In this document: piece after piece, positions 12,901-24,910 of the stretch
Layout of the letters: every line of letters starts with the position of its first letter
Position numbering within the stretch: position 1 is the first letter of the stretch
Assembly (NCBI GenBank): GCA_002269645.1
Contig: NIVC01000215.1
Location: forward strand, 372,001 to 436,000
Source: Macrostomum lignano
Taxonomy: Eukaryota
Direction of reading: 5' to 3'
DNA: 64,000 nucleotides
Notes under the pieces: generated by a model
Told to the model about the DNA's origin: nothing
The model's database searches: none
What the model saw: the letters and a program-made list of their open reading frames with translations, nothing else
Translations under genes and position numbers: made by a program

Positions 12901-15900
12901 TCTGTTATGTTCGACATGGTGTCTCTTGAATGTTTGACATGGTGGCTCTTTAATGTTTGACATGGTGGCTCTTTTATGTTCGACATGGTGGCTCTTTTAT
13001 GCTCGACATGGTGGCTCTTTAATGTTTGACATGGTGGCTCTTTAATGTTCAACATGGTGGCTATTTTATGCTCGACATGGTGGCTCTTTTATGTTTGACA
13101 TGGTGGCTCTTAAATGTTTGAAATGTTGTCTCTGTTATGTTCGACATGGTTTCTCTTGAATGTTTGACATGGTGGCTCTTTAATGTTTGACATGGTGGCT
13201 CTTTTATGTTTGACATGGTGGCTCTTTTATGCTCGACATGGTGGCTCTTTTATGTTTGACATGGTGGCTCTTAAATGTTTGAAATGTTGTCTCTGTTATG
13301 TTCGACATGGTGGCTCTTTTATGTTTGACATGGTAGCTCTTTTATATTTTACTTGGTGGCTCTTTAATGTTTGACATGGTGGCTCTTCAATGTTCAACAT
13401 GGTGGCTCTTTAATGTTCGACATGGTGGCTCTTTAATGTTTGACATGATGGCTCTTTTATGTTTGAAATGTTGTCTCTGTTATGTTTGACATAGTGGCTC
13501 TTTAATGTTCGACATGGTGGCTCTTTTATGTTTGACATGATGGCTCTTTTATGTTTGAAATGTTGTCTCTGTTATGTTCGACATGGTGGCTCTTTAATGT
13601 TTGACATGGTGGCTCTTTAATGTTTGACATTGAGTCACGTATATGTTTCACATGGTGGCTCTTTTATGTTTGAAATGGTGGCTCTTTTATGTTTGACATG
13701 GTGTCTCTTCTGTGTTCTACATGGTGGCACTTTTTTTTGTTTGGCATGGTGGCTCTTTTATATTTGACATTGCGCTTCTTTTATGTTTAGCATTTTGTGT
13801 TTTAAAGTGTTTTAATAAAAAAATGTTTTTGCACTACTAAGATTCGAACCCAGGTCGCTACATTAGCAGTCCAGTCTGTTCCCATCTTGGCTATCTCTTT
13901 TCAATTGGAGAACATGTATTGTGGCCCTTATAATTCAATTCTTATAGCAAGTCAGTTAGAGTAAAAAGTTATGACATAATCAATTTCTCAGTCAGCCAGT
14001 ATCAGTCTCAATTCAAGTTAGCAATATGGTTACGCAATTACAATCAAGTCTTGTGTGCATTTTTTCGACACTGTTTTCATCTTGTTGTGATGCAATCTTT
14101 ATCACAATTGAAATTCAGTCAGTCAGTTTTTTCTTTCGCATTTTTACAATTCATTTCAGGTCGAAAGAGCTGCTTGACCTTTGCAAAAAAAGCATGTTTT
14201 TCGAATATTTAATCCCTTTAAAATTGAGCAATTTCTTAGCCAAGATGCATGTACCGTCCCAGGAAAATTTCTGATCAAATGGTGCAAGTTTGAAGAAAAT
14301 CGGTTGAGCCACTTTTTCTGAAATCTATCGCATAGCTAGATAGTTACAGACATTTCATTTTTAGTATATATGATGAGATGAAAATGAAAATGAGCTAATA
14401 GAGAGAGTGAGATGAGACGTAGTATGAGATAAGAGCCGCTGAGCCGTAAAACCCAGGGAGAGATTAGAGACCAGCCCAAGAAGAGAACAGCCCAAAGTCA
14501 GAAAGGCGACGCTGGTTGGACAGTGAATAAGTAAACAGGATCTCATAATACGCCTTCTAAAAGGGTTTCTGGGGCAGCTCGTAAAATCAGATATTGCCGG
14601 ACCAGCACCGAAATTTCAGCTGCGAGAGATGGCCAAGAACCAGGCCCACGGGTCCACCGAGTCCACCTACCTGAAGGAGGAGAACAAGAAGCAGAAAGAC
14701 AGCATCGCCGACCTCAGGAATCGCATTGCTGAGCTTCAGGCTCGGGTGAGCTGCATGGCTGACTTCATATCTGATCCTCGGGATTCCGCTTCCCAGATCC
14801 CCAGTTACTGGGCCAGCCTCCCAGATCCTCAGTTGCTGGGCCAGCCTCCCAGATCCTCAGTTGCTGGGCCAGCCTCCCAGATCCTCAGTTACTGGGCCAG
14901 CTTCCCAGATCCTCTGTTGCTGGGCCAGCCTCTCAGATCCTCAGTTACTGGGCCAGCCTCCCAGATCCTCAGTTGCTGGGCCAGCCTCTCAGATACTCAG
15001 TTGCTGGGCCAGCCTCCCAGATCCTCAGTTGCTGTGCCAGCTTCCCAGATCCTCAGTTGCTGTGCCAGCCTCCCAGATCCCCAGTTGCTGGGCCAGCCTC
15101 CCAGATCCTCAGTTCTCCTCCCAAACCTCCCAGATTATCAATTAAAATAAGAGCCATAGCCAACTCACGATCAACTGCCCCCCCCAAACCTCGCCTCCAG
15201 AACGACCAGCTGGAGCGCCAGATTGAAGATGTTCGCCGAGACGCGGAGTCGGAGCGGCGTCGCTACGAGGAGGAGCTGGACCAGATGGATGCCCTGCGGC
15301 GGGCCATCGAGGACGACCTTCGCAGGGTCCTGCAGGAGATGCAGGGCCTGCTGGACGCGAAGATCAGCCTGGAGCTGGAGATCGCCGCCTACAGGAAACT
15401 GCTGGACGCCGAGGGCAGCGCAATTGAAAGTCGGGAGGGCAGCTTTCGCAGCCAGGAAAAACCCAGCGTGGTGATGGAGCAGCGGGTTGAGAGGCGCACG
15501 GAGGTTCACAGCAGCAGTAAGTATTCTTCTGATATCCTTGAGGGCCGCCCGCGGGGAGGATCTGGGAGGCTGGCCTAGCAACTGAGGTTGTGGGAGGCTG
15601 GCAGCCCAGCAACAGAGGATCTGGGAGGCTGGCCCAGCAACTGAGGATCTGGGAGGCTGGCCCAGCAACTGCAAGGATCTGGGAGGCTGGCCCAGCAACT
15701 GAGGATCTGGGAGGCTGGCCCAGCAACTGAGGATCTGGGAGGCTGGCCCAGCAACTGAGGATCTGGGAGGCTGGCCTAGCAACTGAGGATCTGGGAGGCT
15801 GGCCTAGCAACTGAGGATCTGGGAGGCTGGCCTAGCAACTGAGGATCTGGGAGGCTGGCCCAGCAACTGAGGATCTGGGAGGCTTGCCCAGCAACTGAGG

Positions 15901-16266
15901 ATCTGGGAGGCTGGCCTAGCCAGTACCAAGGCATCGCAGTCCCACCCCGAGACCACTGTCCCTATGACACTCCCAGGAGGCGCGCACAGCGGTCACAGCG
16001 GCCCAGGCCTGCAGTCCAGCAGCCGCACTGTGACCTACAGCTCCAACACGAGCGGCGGTGGTGGCGGCGGCAGCGGCGCGGTGACCTACGAAGCGAGGCC
16101 GGTCAGCACAGCGGATCCTCAGCAGCAGCAGCAGCAGCCGCCACCGCTGCCTCCAGCGCAGACTCGTTCGCGGGCCACTCCGGCCGCCGGACTTCCTGGA
16201 GGCGGCGGCGGTGGCGCCGGCGGAGGCGGAGGCGGAATTCTCAGGCAGCACGTGGCGAATGCTTGA
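3930..16266 (+). CDS. Cytoplasmic intermediate filament protein, long coil-1b (protostome/lamin-type rod), about 568 aa, 7 exons
   Basis: Exons 3930-4250, 4577-4788, 5159-5441, 5989-6147, 14620-14745, 15201-15516 and 15977-16266, all with GT/AG ends and consistent phases. Ser/Arg-rich head, coil-1A start KKEMQGLNERLAGFIEK, and helix-termination motif LELEIAAYRKLLDAEG. Confidence 0.93.
5470..5940 (+). repeat. 26-bp minisatellite (CAGCCCCTGAAGTTTTGAGATTCATT)n in IF intron 3
   Basis: About 18 tandem copies fill almost the whole intron. Confidence 0.92.
6212..6449 (+). mobile_element. tRNA-derived SINE with CORE-like central domain, copy 1
   Basis: A-box-like AGCCCAGTGG and B-box GGTTCGATTCC, then GTGTCCTTGAGCAAGACACTTACCTCTGCATTGCTTCAGTTCACCCAGCTGTAAAATGGG, which aligns by eye to the MIR CORE consensus. 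A second copy lies at 30910-31108 (-). Confidence 0.75.
6657..9460 (+). repeat. Composite satellite: [16-17 bp GATAGCAAGCA(C/T)CCCCA array + linker + 23-bp GACATGGTGGCTCTTTAATGTTT array] x2
   Basis: Arrays at about 6672-7030, 7155-8225, 8255-9060 and 9090-9450. Each module has the shared leader AAAACATCCYAAGACAGCAAGCATCC and the shared linker GTGCAACAATTTCCTTAGCTTTATAATGG. Confidence 0.9.
9735..11105 (+). repeat. CT-rich polypyrimidine low-complexity tract in IF intron 4
   Basis: About 1.4 kb composed almost entirely of C/T; the overlapping Leu/Ser ORFs are compositional artefacts. Confidence 0.9.
12040..12317 (+). mobile_element. Helitron/Helentron-associated (Lep1/HINE-like) non-autonomous repeat remnant; similar end at 14270-14372
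   Basis: Both loci end with AAT(C/T)GGTTGAGC ... ACAGAC(AGAC) ... TTT(T)A ... GAT, a layout typical of Lep1/HINE 3' ends. Recognised from memory only. Confidence 0.4.
12335..13790 (+). repeat. 23-bp minisatellite (GACATGGTGGCTCTTTAATGTTT)n, third array in IF intron 4
   Basis: About 60 degenerate tandem copies; same unit as 7155-8225. Confidence 0.93.
14790..15112 (+). repeat. 28-bp minisatellite, array 2 (IF intron 5)
   Basis: About 11 copies of CCCAGATCCTCAGTTGCTGGGCCAGCCT. Confidence 0.95.
15556..15918 (-). repeat. 28-bp minisatellite, array 3, inverted orientation (IF intron 6)
   Basis: About 13 copies of GATCTGGGAGGCTGGCCCAGCAACTGAG, the exact reverse complement of the array 2 unit. 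Confidence 0.95.
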
Positions 16267-16544
16267 GTAGAAGTTAAAAAAGTCAAATGTAAACTTGGAC
16301 CACGCTATAAGCAGGCTTGCCCAATGGATTACAATTAACTACATGTACCTGGAACAATCGGATATAAATATTTATTAAAATGTTTTCTAAAGAAAAAGCA
16401 GGTCTTTTAATTTTCCGTTTGCTTTTTTTACTTTTTCTCGACATTCCCGCACGGTTTATCGTTGGCAATTATCATTACGTCGTTTTGTGACACTTTTTTG
16501 TTTTAAAAAGGCTTCTTTTAGGCTGTTTATATCATCTAGTTTAG

Positions 16545-17545
16545 GCTTTTTACATCATCCAGTTCAAGATGTTTATATCATCTAGTTTATAATGTTTATA
16601 TCGTCCTGTTTAGGGTGTTTATATCATCCTGTTTAGGGTGTTTAAATCATCCTATTTATGGTGTTTATACCATCCTATTTAGGGTGTTTATATCATCCTA
16701 TTTATGGTGTTTATACCATCCTATTTAGGGTGTTTATATCATCCTATTTATGGTGTTTATACCATCCTATTTAGGGTGTTTATATCATCCTGTTTAGGGT
16801 GTTTATATCATCCTGTTTAGGGTGTTTATATCATCCTGTTTAGGGTGTTTATATCATCCTGTTTAGGGTGTTTACATCATCCTGTTTAGGGTGTTTATAT
16901 CATCCTGTTTAGGGTGTTTATATCATTCTGTTTAGGGTGTTTATATCATCCTGTTTAGGGTGTTTAAATCATCCTATTTATGGTGTTTATACCATCCTAT
17001 TTAGGGTGTTTATATCATCCTGTTTAGGGTGTTTATATCATCATGTTTAGGGTGTTTATATCGTCCTGTTTAGGGTGTTTATATCATCCTATTTAGGGTG
17101 TTTATATCATCCTGTTTAGGGTGTTTATATCATCCTGTTTAGGGTGTTTATATCGTCCTGTTTAGGGTGTTTATATCGTCCTGTTTAGGGTGTTTATATC
17201 GTCCTGTTTAGGGTGTTTATATCATCCTGTTTAGGGTGTTTATATCATCCTGTTTAGGGTGTTTATATCGTCCTATTTAGGGTGTTTATATCATCCTGTT
17301 TAGAGTGTTTATATCGTCCTGTTTAGAGTGTTTATATCATCCTGTTTAGGGTGTTTATATCGTCCTATTTAGGGTGTTTATATCGTCCTGTTTAGGGTGT
17401 TTACATCATCCTGTTTAGGGTATTATATCGTCCTGTTTAGGGTGTTTACATCGTCCTGTTTAGGGTGTTTATATCGTCCTGTTTAGGGTGTTTATATCGT
17501 CCTGTTTAGGGTGTTTACATCGTCCTGTTTAGGGTGTTTATATAA
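16545..17545 (+). repeat. 23-bp minisatellite (TCATCCTGTTTAGGGTGTTTATA)n
   Basis: About 43 tandem copies downstream of the IF stop; degenerate units also at about 18390-18520 and 27295-27425. Confidence 0.93.
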
Positions 17546-18036
17546 CTCCAATTTTCGAATATTAGTTTTACTTCTCATGAAACAAACAAAGGAGTCGTTG
17601 TTGAGTTGCTCCTTAACAATTTTTAACCGCTGCAATAAAATGTGAGATCAAGTGTTTGTTTGTTTATCTTTTTCGCTTTATTTGAATTCTTAAAAGCTGT
17701 CAGAGAAATTCATTTCATTTCGCCTGCCTTAACCTCGAAACACAGAACGCACAAAACTCAGTCGCTACTTACTTAGTAGTTCCGATTGTATAATTTAAAC
17801 CAAATTTTGTAACTTTGTGTTCATTTTTAAGACCATAGCGTTTTTACTTTTCTATAGTTGTTTTAATAGTCTCATATATTAATGTAAGAACGCCTTCAAA
17901 TTTCGTTCAAATTGTGTTTTATCTCCACAAAAATGACTCACTCAATCCATGTCTAAAACTTTTGCCTTATCATGCCAATTTTTGAAAGCAACAAAAATAG
18001 CTTTTAAATAGCGCCTGTTTTATTTACCAGAAAATT

Positions 18037-18645
18037 TAGACCGCTTAGCAAATGCTTAAATGCACGCGCAACCGCTTTTCCTGCTCTACTTATAGTAGTC
18101 TGTGTCAGACTCATTAGCACCAAATAATTATATTTTATGCTCTAAATATTAAACGATTTCTTGGAAAAAAACTAATAAAAAATAACAATTACAGGAATGC
18201 TTGACGCATTCTACAATGATTATTCTTAGCGATATTACTAATCTGGCCGGCATCTGTCTCCTTGTCATTATTTTAGTCAATATGATTATTTTTATAAAAC
18301 AAATTTGAAAGAGTGAAACAGGTTGCTTGTAGTAGTAGTAGTAGTATGTAGGGGCATTTTGTGAAGTTTTTTGTATTAAAAAGGCTTATTTCTAGGCCGT
18401 TTATATGTTTAGTGTAGGCTGTTTATATCCTCCTGGTTAGTGTGTTTATTAAGTCCAATTTTGAATATTTATATCGTATAGGGTGTTTACATCGTCAAGT
18501 TTAAGGTGTTCATATCATCCAGCTTAGAGTCCAGATTTACTGGATAAGTAGTAATGGCAGTAGTAGTAGTAGAGGCAGTAGTAATAGTAGTAGTGGCAGT
18601 AGTAGCAGTAGTAGTAGCAGTAGTAGTAGTAGTAGTAGAAGTAGC

Positions 18646-18689
<44 letters not shown>

Positions 18690-18786
18690 CAGTAGTAGTA
18701 GTAGTAGTAGTAGCAGTAGTAGTAGTAGTAGCAGCAGTAGTAGTAGTAGTAGTAGTAGTAGCAGTAGTAGTAGTAGTAGTAGTAGC

Positions 18787-18818
<32 letters not shown>

Positions 18819-18983
18819 CAGTAGTAGTAGTAGGAGTAGTAGCATTAGTAGTAGTAGTAGTAGTAGCAGTAGTAGTAGTAGTAGCAGCAGTAGTAGTAGT
18901 AGTAGTAGTAGTAGTAGCAGTAGTAGTAGTAGTAGTAGCAGTAGCAGTAGTAGTAGTAGCAGTAGTAGTAGTAGTATAGTAGC

Positions 18984-19015
<32 letters not shown>

Positions 19016-19055
19016 CAGTAGTAGTAGTAGTAGCAGCAGTAGTAGTAGTAGCAGC

Positions 19056-19093
<38 letters not shown>

Positions 19094-19094
19094 C

Positions 19095-19132
<38 letters not shown>

Positions 19133-19244
19133 CAGTAGTAGTAGTAGTAGCAGCAGTAGTAGTAGTAGCAGTAGTAGTAGTAGTAGTAGTAGTAGTAGCA
19201 GTAGTAGTAGTAGTAGTAGCAGTAGTAGTAGTAGTAGTAGTAGC

Positions 19245-19276
<32 letters not shown>

Positions 19277-19550
19277 CAGTAGTAGTAGTAGTAGCAGCAG
19301 CAGTAGTAGTAGTTGTAGTAGTAGTAGTAGTAGTAGTAGCAGTAGTAGTAGTAGTAGTAGCAGTAGTAGTAGTAGTAGCAGTAGTAGTAGTAGTAGCAGT
19401 AGTAGTAGTAGCAGTAGTAGTAGTAGTAGCAGTAGTAGTAGTAGTAGTAGTAGCAGTAGTAGTAGTAGTAGTAGCAGTAGTAGTAGTAGTAGTAGTAGCA
19501 GTAGTAGTAGTAGTAGTAGTAGTAGCAGTAGTAGTAGTAGTAGTAGTAGC

Positions 19551-19585
<35 letters not shown>

Positions 19586-21040
19586 CAGTAGTAGTAGTAG
19601 TAGCAGCAGTAGTAGTAGTAGTAGTAGTAGCAGTAGTAGTAGTAGTAGTAGTAGTAGCAGTAGTAGTAGTAGTAGTAGCAGTAGTAGTAGTAGTAGTAGT
19701 AGTAGCAGTAGTAATAGTAGTAGTAGTAGTAGTAATAGTAGTAGTAGTAGTGGCAATAGTAGCAGTAGTGGTAGTAGTCGTAGAAGTAGTAGAAGTAGTA
19801 CGAGCTAGTAGTAGTACTAGTGGTAGTAATACATGTAGTTTTAATAGCAGCAATAGTAACTCACAAGCCAATAAAAAGTAAGAGTAAACCGTACGTGCAA
19901 ACGACCATCTTCCTCAATTTCTTTAATTGAACAGCTGCCTGTTAACACAACACAGCCGTCTTCAGTTCCATAGTTTACGATTAAAAGTATACAAACTTGC
20001 AATTATATTTGACCTAACAATTTACAAACTGAAACATAATCAACTAATTTTAGAATCGAAAAATGATATTTTTTCTTTAAAGCAAACAGCATATCGATGG
20101 GTTACAAAAGCAGTAAAAATGCATTAGAAATTGGATTGCAAACTTTTATTCATAGCCTCGCGAAACGCAATTTATTAAAATATTTTCACTGACCCTAATG
20201 CACCTATAGACCTGACCCCAAAACTCCTACAGACCTGACCCCAAAACCCCTACAGACCTGACCCCAAACCCCTACAGACCTGACCCCAAACCCCTACAGA
20301 CCTGACCCCAAAACCCCTACAGGCCTGACCCCAAAACCCCTACAGACCTGACCCCAAACCCCTACAGACCTGACCACAAAACCCCTACAGACCTGACCCC
20401 AACCAATACCACTAGACCTGACCCCAAAACCCCTACAGACCTGACCCCAAAACCCCTACAGACCTGACCCCAAAAACCCTACAGACCTGAGCCCAAACCC
20501 CTACAGACCTGACCCCAAACCCCTACAGACCTGATCCCAAAACCCCTACAGACCTGAACCCAAAACCCCTACAGACCTGACCCCAAAACCCCTACAGACC
20601 TGACCCCAAAACCCCTACAGACCTGACCCCAAACCCCTACAGACCTGACCACAAAACCCCTACAGACCTGACCCCAACCAATACCACTAGACCTGACCCC
20701 AAAACCCCTACAGACCTGACCCCAAAACCCCTACAGACTTGACCCTAAAACCCCTACAGACCTGACCCCAAAACCCCTACAGACCTGACCCCAAAACCCC
20801 TACAGACCTGACCCCAAAACCCCTACAGACCTGACCCCAAAACCCCTACAGACTTGACCCCAAAACCCCTACAGACCTGACCCCAAAACCCCTACAGACC
20901 TGACCTCAACCCCCTGATCAGCTCAAGCTGATCACACAGCACTACAATTCAAATGCAAAAAGCGCAGAAAGGCACCCGTTTGCTGCCGTCAGCACTCAGC
21001 AGAGCCACTCTGCAACAGTCAATACAAGCGCACATGGTCT
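18037..21040. repeat. Direct duplication copy B (3004 bp) flanking the retrotransposon 3' end
   Basis: Starts TAGACCGCTTAGCAAATGC and ends AATACAAGCGCACATGGTCT, as does 26940-29904. Unique parts are near-identical. It includes a (GTA)n tract (about 18550-19870), a 22-23 bp array (about 20205-20915) and the last 30 codons of SNAPC3. Confidence 0.95.
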
Positions 21041-21132
21041 TGACTTGACTTAGCTGCAGGGCTGTCCCGGAGGGGACACAGCGGGAAGGCGCGGGCGCCC
21101 ATTCCGCTAGTCCCTGAACGGCCGACGCGTCG

Positions 21133-24100
21133 CTATGGACGGAGGGTTGGCGCCGCCCAGGGAGGTCCCCCAGTGTCGCCAGCAGCTATGGTGCTCTCTG
21201 GAAAGGAGAGTTCAGCCCTGCGGGTGGCCCGAAGGTAGCGCATGAGCTGATTAAAGTTTTCGGGTTTGCACGCTTCAGTAATAGATGTGTGTGGCCCGAG
21301 GGAAGTGAGTCTGGCCCGCGTGAAGGCGGGACAGATGCTGACGAAATGCTCAGCGGTTTCGTCACCTGAATTGCAGAAACTACAGGTGGCGTTGGTGGCG
21401 TTGCCCTGCAGGTACTGGTGCCTGGAGAAGCAGCCGTGACCAGAGAGGGTCATGGTGGCAGCCCGGATGTCTCTGCGCGAGAGGCGCAAGAGGAGCTTCC
21501 GGAGCTGGTGAGAGGGCTGAGGGACAGCGCCTCTGGATTGCCTGCAGTTCGTGCGGTTCGCCCAAGTCGAGCGGTGCTGAGTCCTGATCCACGCTTTGAT
21601 GCGCGAGTCGATGACACAGCCAGGAATCGGGACAAGAGGTTCGGGGCCGAGAGAGGAGCCGGAGGCACCAACTTTTGCAAGGGTGTCAGCCAACTCATTT
21701 CCTCGGATCCCCACATGCCCCGGAACCAACTTAAGGGTAATTTTGTTGGCGGAACCCAACACATTGAGGAGTTTGATACAGTCAAGGACTGTAGCAGAGT
21801 TGGTGCTGCAGCCACTGATGGCGTGCAAGGCAGCTTGGCTGTCCGAATGGAAAATGATGTTCTTACCAGTAACGCCAGTGGCGAGAAGCTCTGCAGTGCA
21901 GGAGCTGATGGCCAGAACTTCATTTTGGAAAACACTGGAGTTGACCCCAGTGTATTGAGCGTGGGTAGCGATGACCCTCCCGTTCAAAAGATTCCAACAC
22001 CAAAGCCGGTGTTGGCTGACTGCTTAGAACCGTCGGTGTAGCAATGAAGCTCACCAGGGTTCCAATGGTCATTGATGTTATCGCGCGAGTCGATAGCTAC
22101 GGAGTAGCGCTGTCTCAGGTTGAGCGTTGAGGCAATGCCATCGGTGAAGACGCGATTGGCCTGACACTCGTTGAGAAAGTTGAGGCACAGATCGCTATGC
22201 GGGACAAGGTTCCGCTTAGCAGGTGCTCTCATGTAAATGAATTTGACGCCGGCATCAATTAGACGCCGCGTCGTTCTAGCCGCCTCACCCCTGATGAAGA
22301 GGTCAAGAGGCGGAAGATTAAGAAAGGCCCCCATGCCAGCAAAGGGCGTGGACCTGGTGGCGTTGCAGATGAGCCTACACGCTCTGCCTTGGATCGTGTT
22401 GAGCAGGTCTGCATGGCTTTTGACCTGGGTAGCGCTAACCCAGACAACAGAGGCGTACGTAATGGCAGGTCTAACTACGGAAGTATAGATCCACCAAAGC
22501 CGCTTTGGGGATAGACCCCAAGAAGTGCCAAGTGCTCGTCGGAGCTGGGCCAGGATGGCTGAGGCACGCTTAGCTTTTGCTTTCACGTGGAAGGACCAGT
22601 TGAGCCGGTGGTCAAGTGTGACCCCGAGACATCTGGTCTGGTGCGCGAAGGCAATATCTCTGCCGTAGAGCTGCAGAGGACGTATGTTCCAGCGTAGTCT
22701 GCTGGTAAACATAATGGCAACGGTTTTGGGCTCAGAGAGTTCCAAACCATTGTCATTGGCCTAGGATTCTGCTTTGCGGATAAAGCTCTGCATCAGATCC
22801 CTGAGCGTGCTGGGAGACGGTCCTGCCACAATGGCCGTGACGTCATCAGCATACCCGACTTTGAAGACGGGGTCAGGTCGGGAGTCACTCAGAAGAGCGT
22901 CCATGACCAGGTTCCAGAGCGTCGGGGTGAGGACTCCGCCTTGGGGTCCACCCTTACAGACTCTGGTGGAGGCGTTTGCCCAAGAAGTTGGGCAGTGGCC
23001 GTACGGTTGGAGATCATGTACATGATCCACCGTATGAGGGTAGCATGAGCTTTGCGATTTTGAAGGGCCCTCTGAAACGCTTCAAAGATAACGTTGTCGA
23101 AGGCGCCAACAATGTCAAGAAAGAGAGCCAGGGCGTAACCGTCACCCAGTACCGCCCGTTCAATCTTTTCGACAATCGCATGCAGGGCGCTGTCAGTCGA
23201 CCTCCCGGTACGGAAGGCGTGCTGATTATTGCTGAGGGGCATCGCTGTCAGCTCGCAGGAGAGCAGCCGCCAGAGAATAAGCCTCTCAGTGAGCTTAAGC
23301 ATTGCTGACGTTAAGCTAATTGGCCGGAAGGCCTTGACGCTTTGGTAGTCACCCTTCCCAGGTTTGGGAATAAAGACTACTCGAGCTTCAGTCCAGCTTT
23401 TGGGAACGTATCCCAGCTGGATAGAGGCCCGCATAAGATTGCGGGTGAGTCTCAGGAACGAGGGTATCTTGGCTGCTTCACGAAGGAGAACAGGGTAGAT
23501 ACCATCAGGTCCAGGAGATTTGAAGGGTTTGAAGGTTCTGACCGCACGAGCGATTAGGTCTTCAGTGACAATGCCCGCCGCTAGGGTGGCTCCATCCATC
23601 GAATGGTTGGGCTCCGGTCTAGCAGTAGGTACCCTCGGGAAGAATGTGCTAAGCATATGCTGAAGCACTTCTTCAGGGTCTTTAGTAAGAGAGCCATCAT
23701 CTTTTTTGATCATGGCTAATTTGGACATTTTGTCCATTGTAAGGGCCTTGACAAGCCTAGAAGTAGGTCTGTCTTGATCCAATTCATTGCAGAATTGGCG
23801 CCACTTACATTCCTTGGCCTTGTGCACTTCAGATTTGAAATTGCGGGAGGCTTGCCGGAAAAGCTCCATGTCCTCCGGGTTTCCGGTCTTCATGGCACGG
23901 CGATGAAGGCTTTTGGCCTTCCGCCTGAGTTTCCCCAGCTCCGGGTTCCACCACGGCGCCGAGGTCTTGCCTTTGTAGGCGCGAGCAGGACAAGCCGCTT
24001 CGTAGGCTTCAATAATGCAACCTGTCAGCGTCTCAGCCATATGATCCACATCCTCGCAGGTCTCAATCGGACGTAAGTCCGTGAGTTCCTGCAGGTGCAG

Positions 24101-24871
24101 ATCAAGGGCAGCCTTGTAGGCCGCCCAATCAGTGTTGCGGATATTGCGTCTCCAAGTGATCGGAGACTGGGTTTTAGTGTCCGCGATGTTAAAGGCGATA
24201 AAGCAGTGGTCAGACAGGGAGGGCTCCTCAGACCAGACTCTCCACTCCTCAACTCTGTCAAAGAGTCTTGGGGTAACGAGTGTGGCGTCGAGGACCTCGG
24301 TCCATCTGCCATTATTAAAGGTAGGAGTGCTGCCGCGGTTGCAGAGCATGAGGTTTGTGTTAGAGATGAGGGCCAGAAGCTCCTCTCCTCTAGTGTTGGT
24401 ATCTTTGCTGCCCCAGTGCTTGTGGTGCGCGTTGAGGTCGCCCCCTAAGCACAGCTCAGCGTTCTGGGACTCGCAGTACTGCGCAAGGCGCAGTAAACTC
24501 TCGGGAGCAGGGTCTCTGTCGCCTGGGATATAAACCGAGGCAACAAGACACGTACGCGGAGAGAAATGATTAGATTGGATGACGCAAAGGTCTCCATCAG
24601 AGAGATCAGTCCTCAGCCAAGCCTGGAGATGGCTAGCAGCGAGGATAGCCGCTCTAGGGCGGCTGTTCCCCGGGCCACACACATAAAAATCAGAGTAGCC
24701 AGAGGGAATGTTGGGCAACTTACCGTTGCGCATCCAGGGTTCCTGGATCAGGATGAGGCCTGGCTTGTACAGCTCAGCAATCTTCATCAGATTTACTGAC
24801 GCAGATACGCAATGCTGTAAATTTATTTGCAGACAGAATGTCGCTCCTTTGGCAGCGTGGAGCTTAGTCAT
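21133..24871 (-). pseudogene. ORF2 of the non-LTR element (endonuclease, reverse transcriptase, RNase H, CCHC-like finger) with three lesions
   Basis: APE motifs CLQINLQH, IQEPW, GDLNAHH and SDH; RT motifs PISLTS, LDIVGAFDNV, PQGGVLTPTLW and YADDV; RNase H motifs YTDGSK, SDSQAA and VPGHVGIRGNELAD; C-terminal CSFC...EHFVSIC. Lesions are a 1-bp frameshift near 22975, an in-frame TAG at 22761-22763 (likely from TGG), and a 1-bp frameshift in a T run near 21988. Confidence 0.9.
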
Positions 24872-24910
24872 ACTGTATTAAATGCAATATCTGGCTAGAG
24901 CCCAGGGCCA

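Noticed and set aside
3930-16266. Calling the IF gene a nuclear lamin
   Set aside because: No NLS, Ig-like tail or CaaX box was found after the rod.
16545-17545. TTTAGGG motif suggesting interstitial telomere repeats
   Set aside because: It occurs once per 23-bp unit rather than as a tandem telomeric array.
18537-19871. Apparent signal peptide plus poly-Thr mucin ORF (also 27391-28065)
   Set aside because: It is the (GTA)n microsatellite. The Leu-rich leader is the same repeat in another phase, the start is TTG, and any single change to ACT gives Thr/Ala/Ser/Ile-type codons, so the mucin-like composition is not evidence of coding.
20949-21040. A second SNAPC3 gene
   Set aside because: Only the last 30 codons are present, as part of the duplication flanking the retrotransposon.
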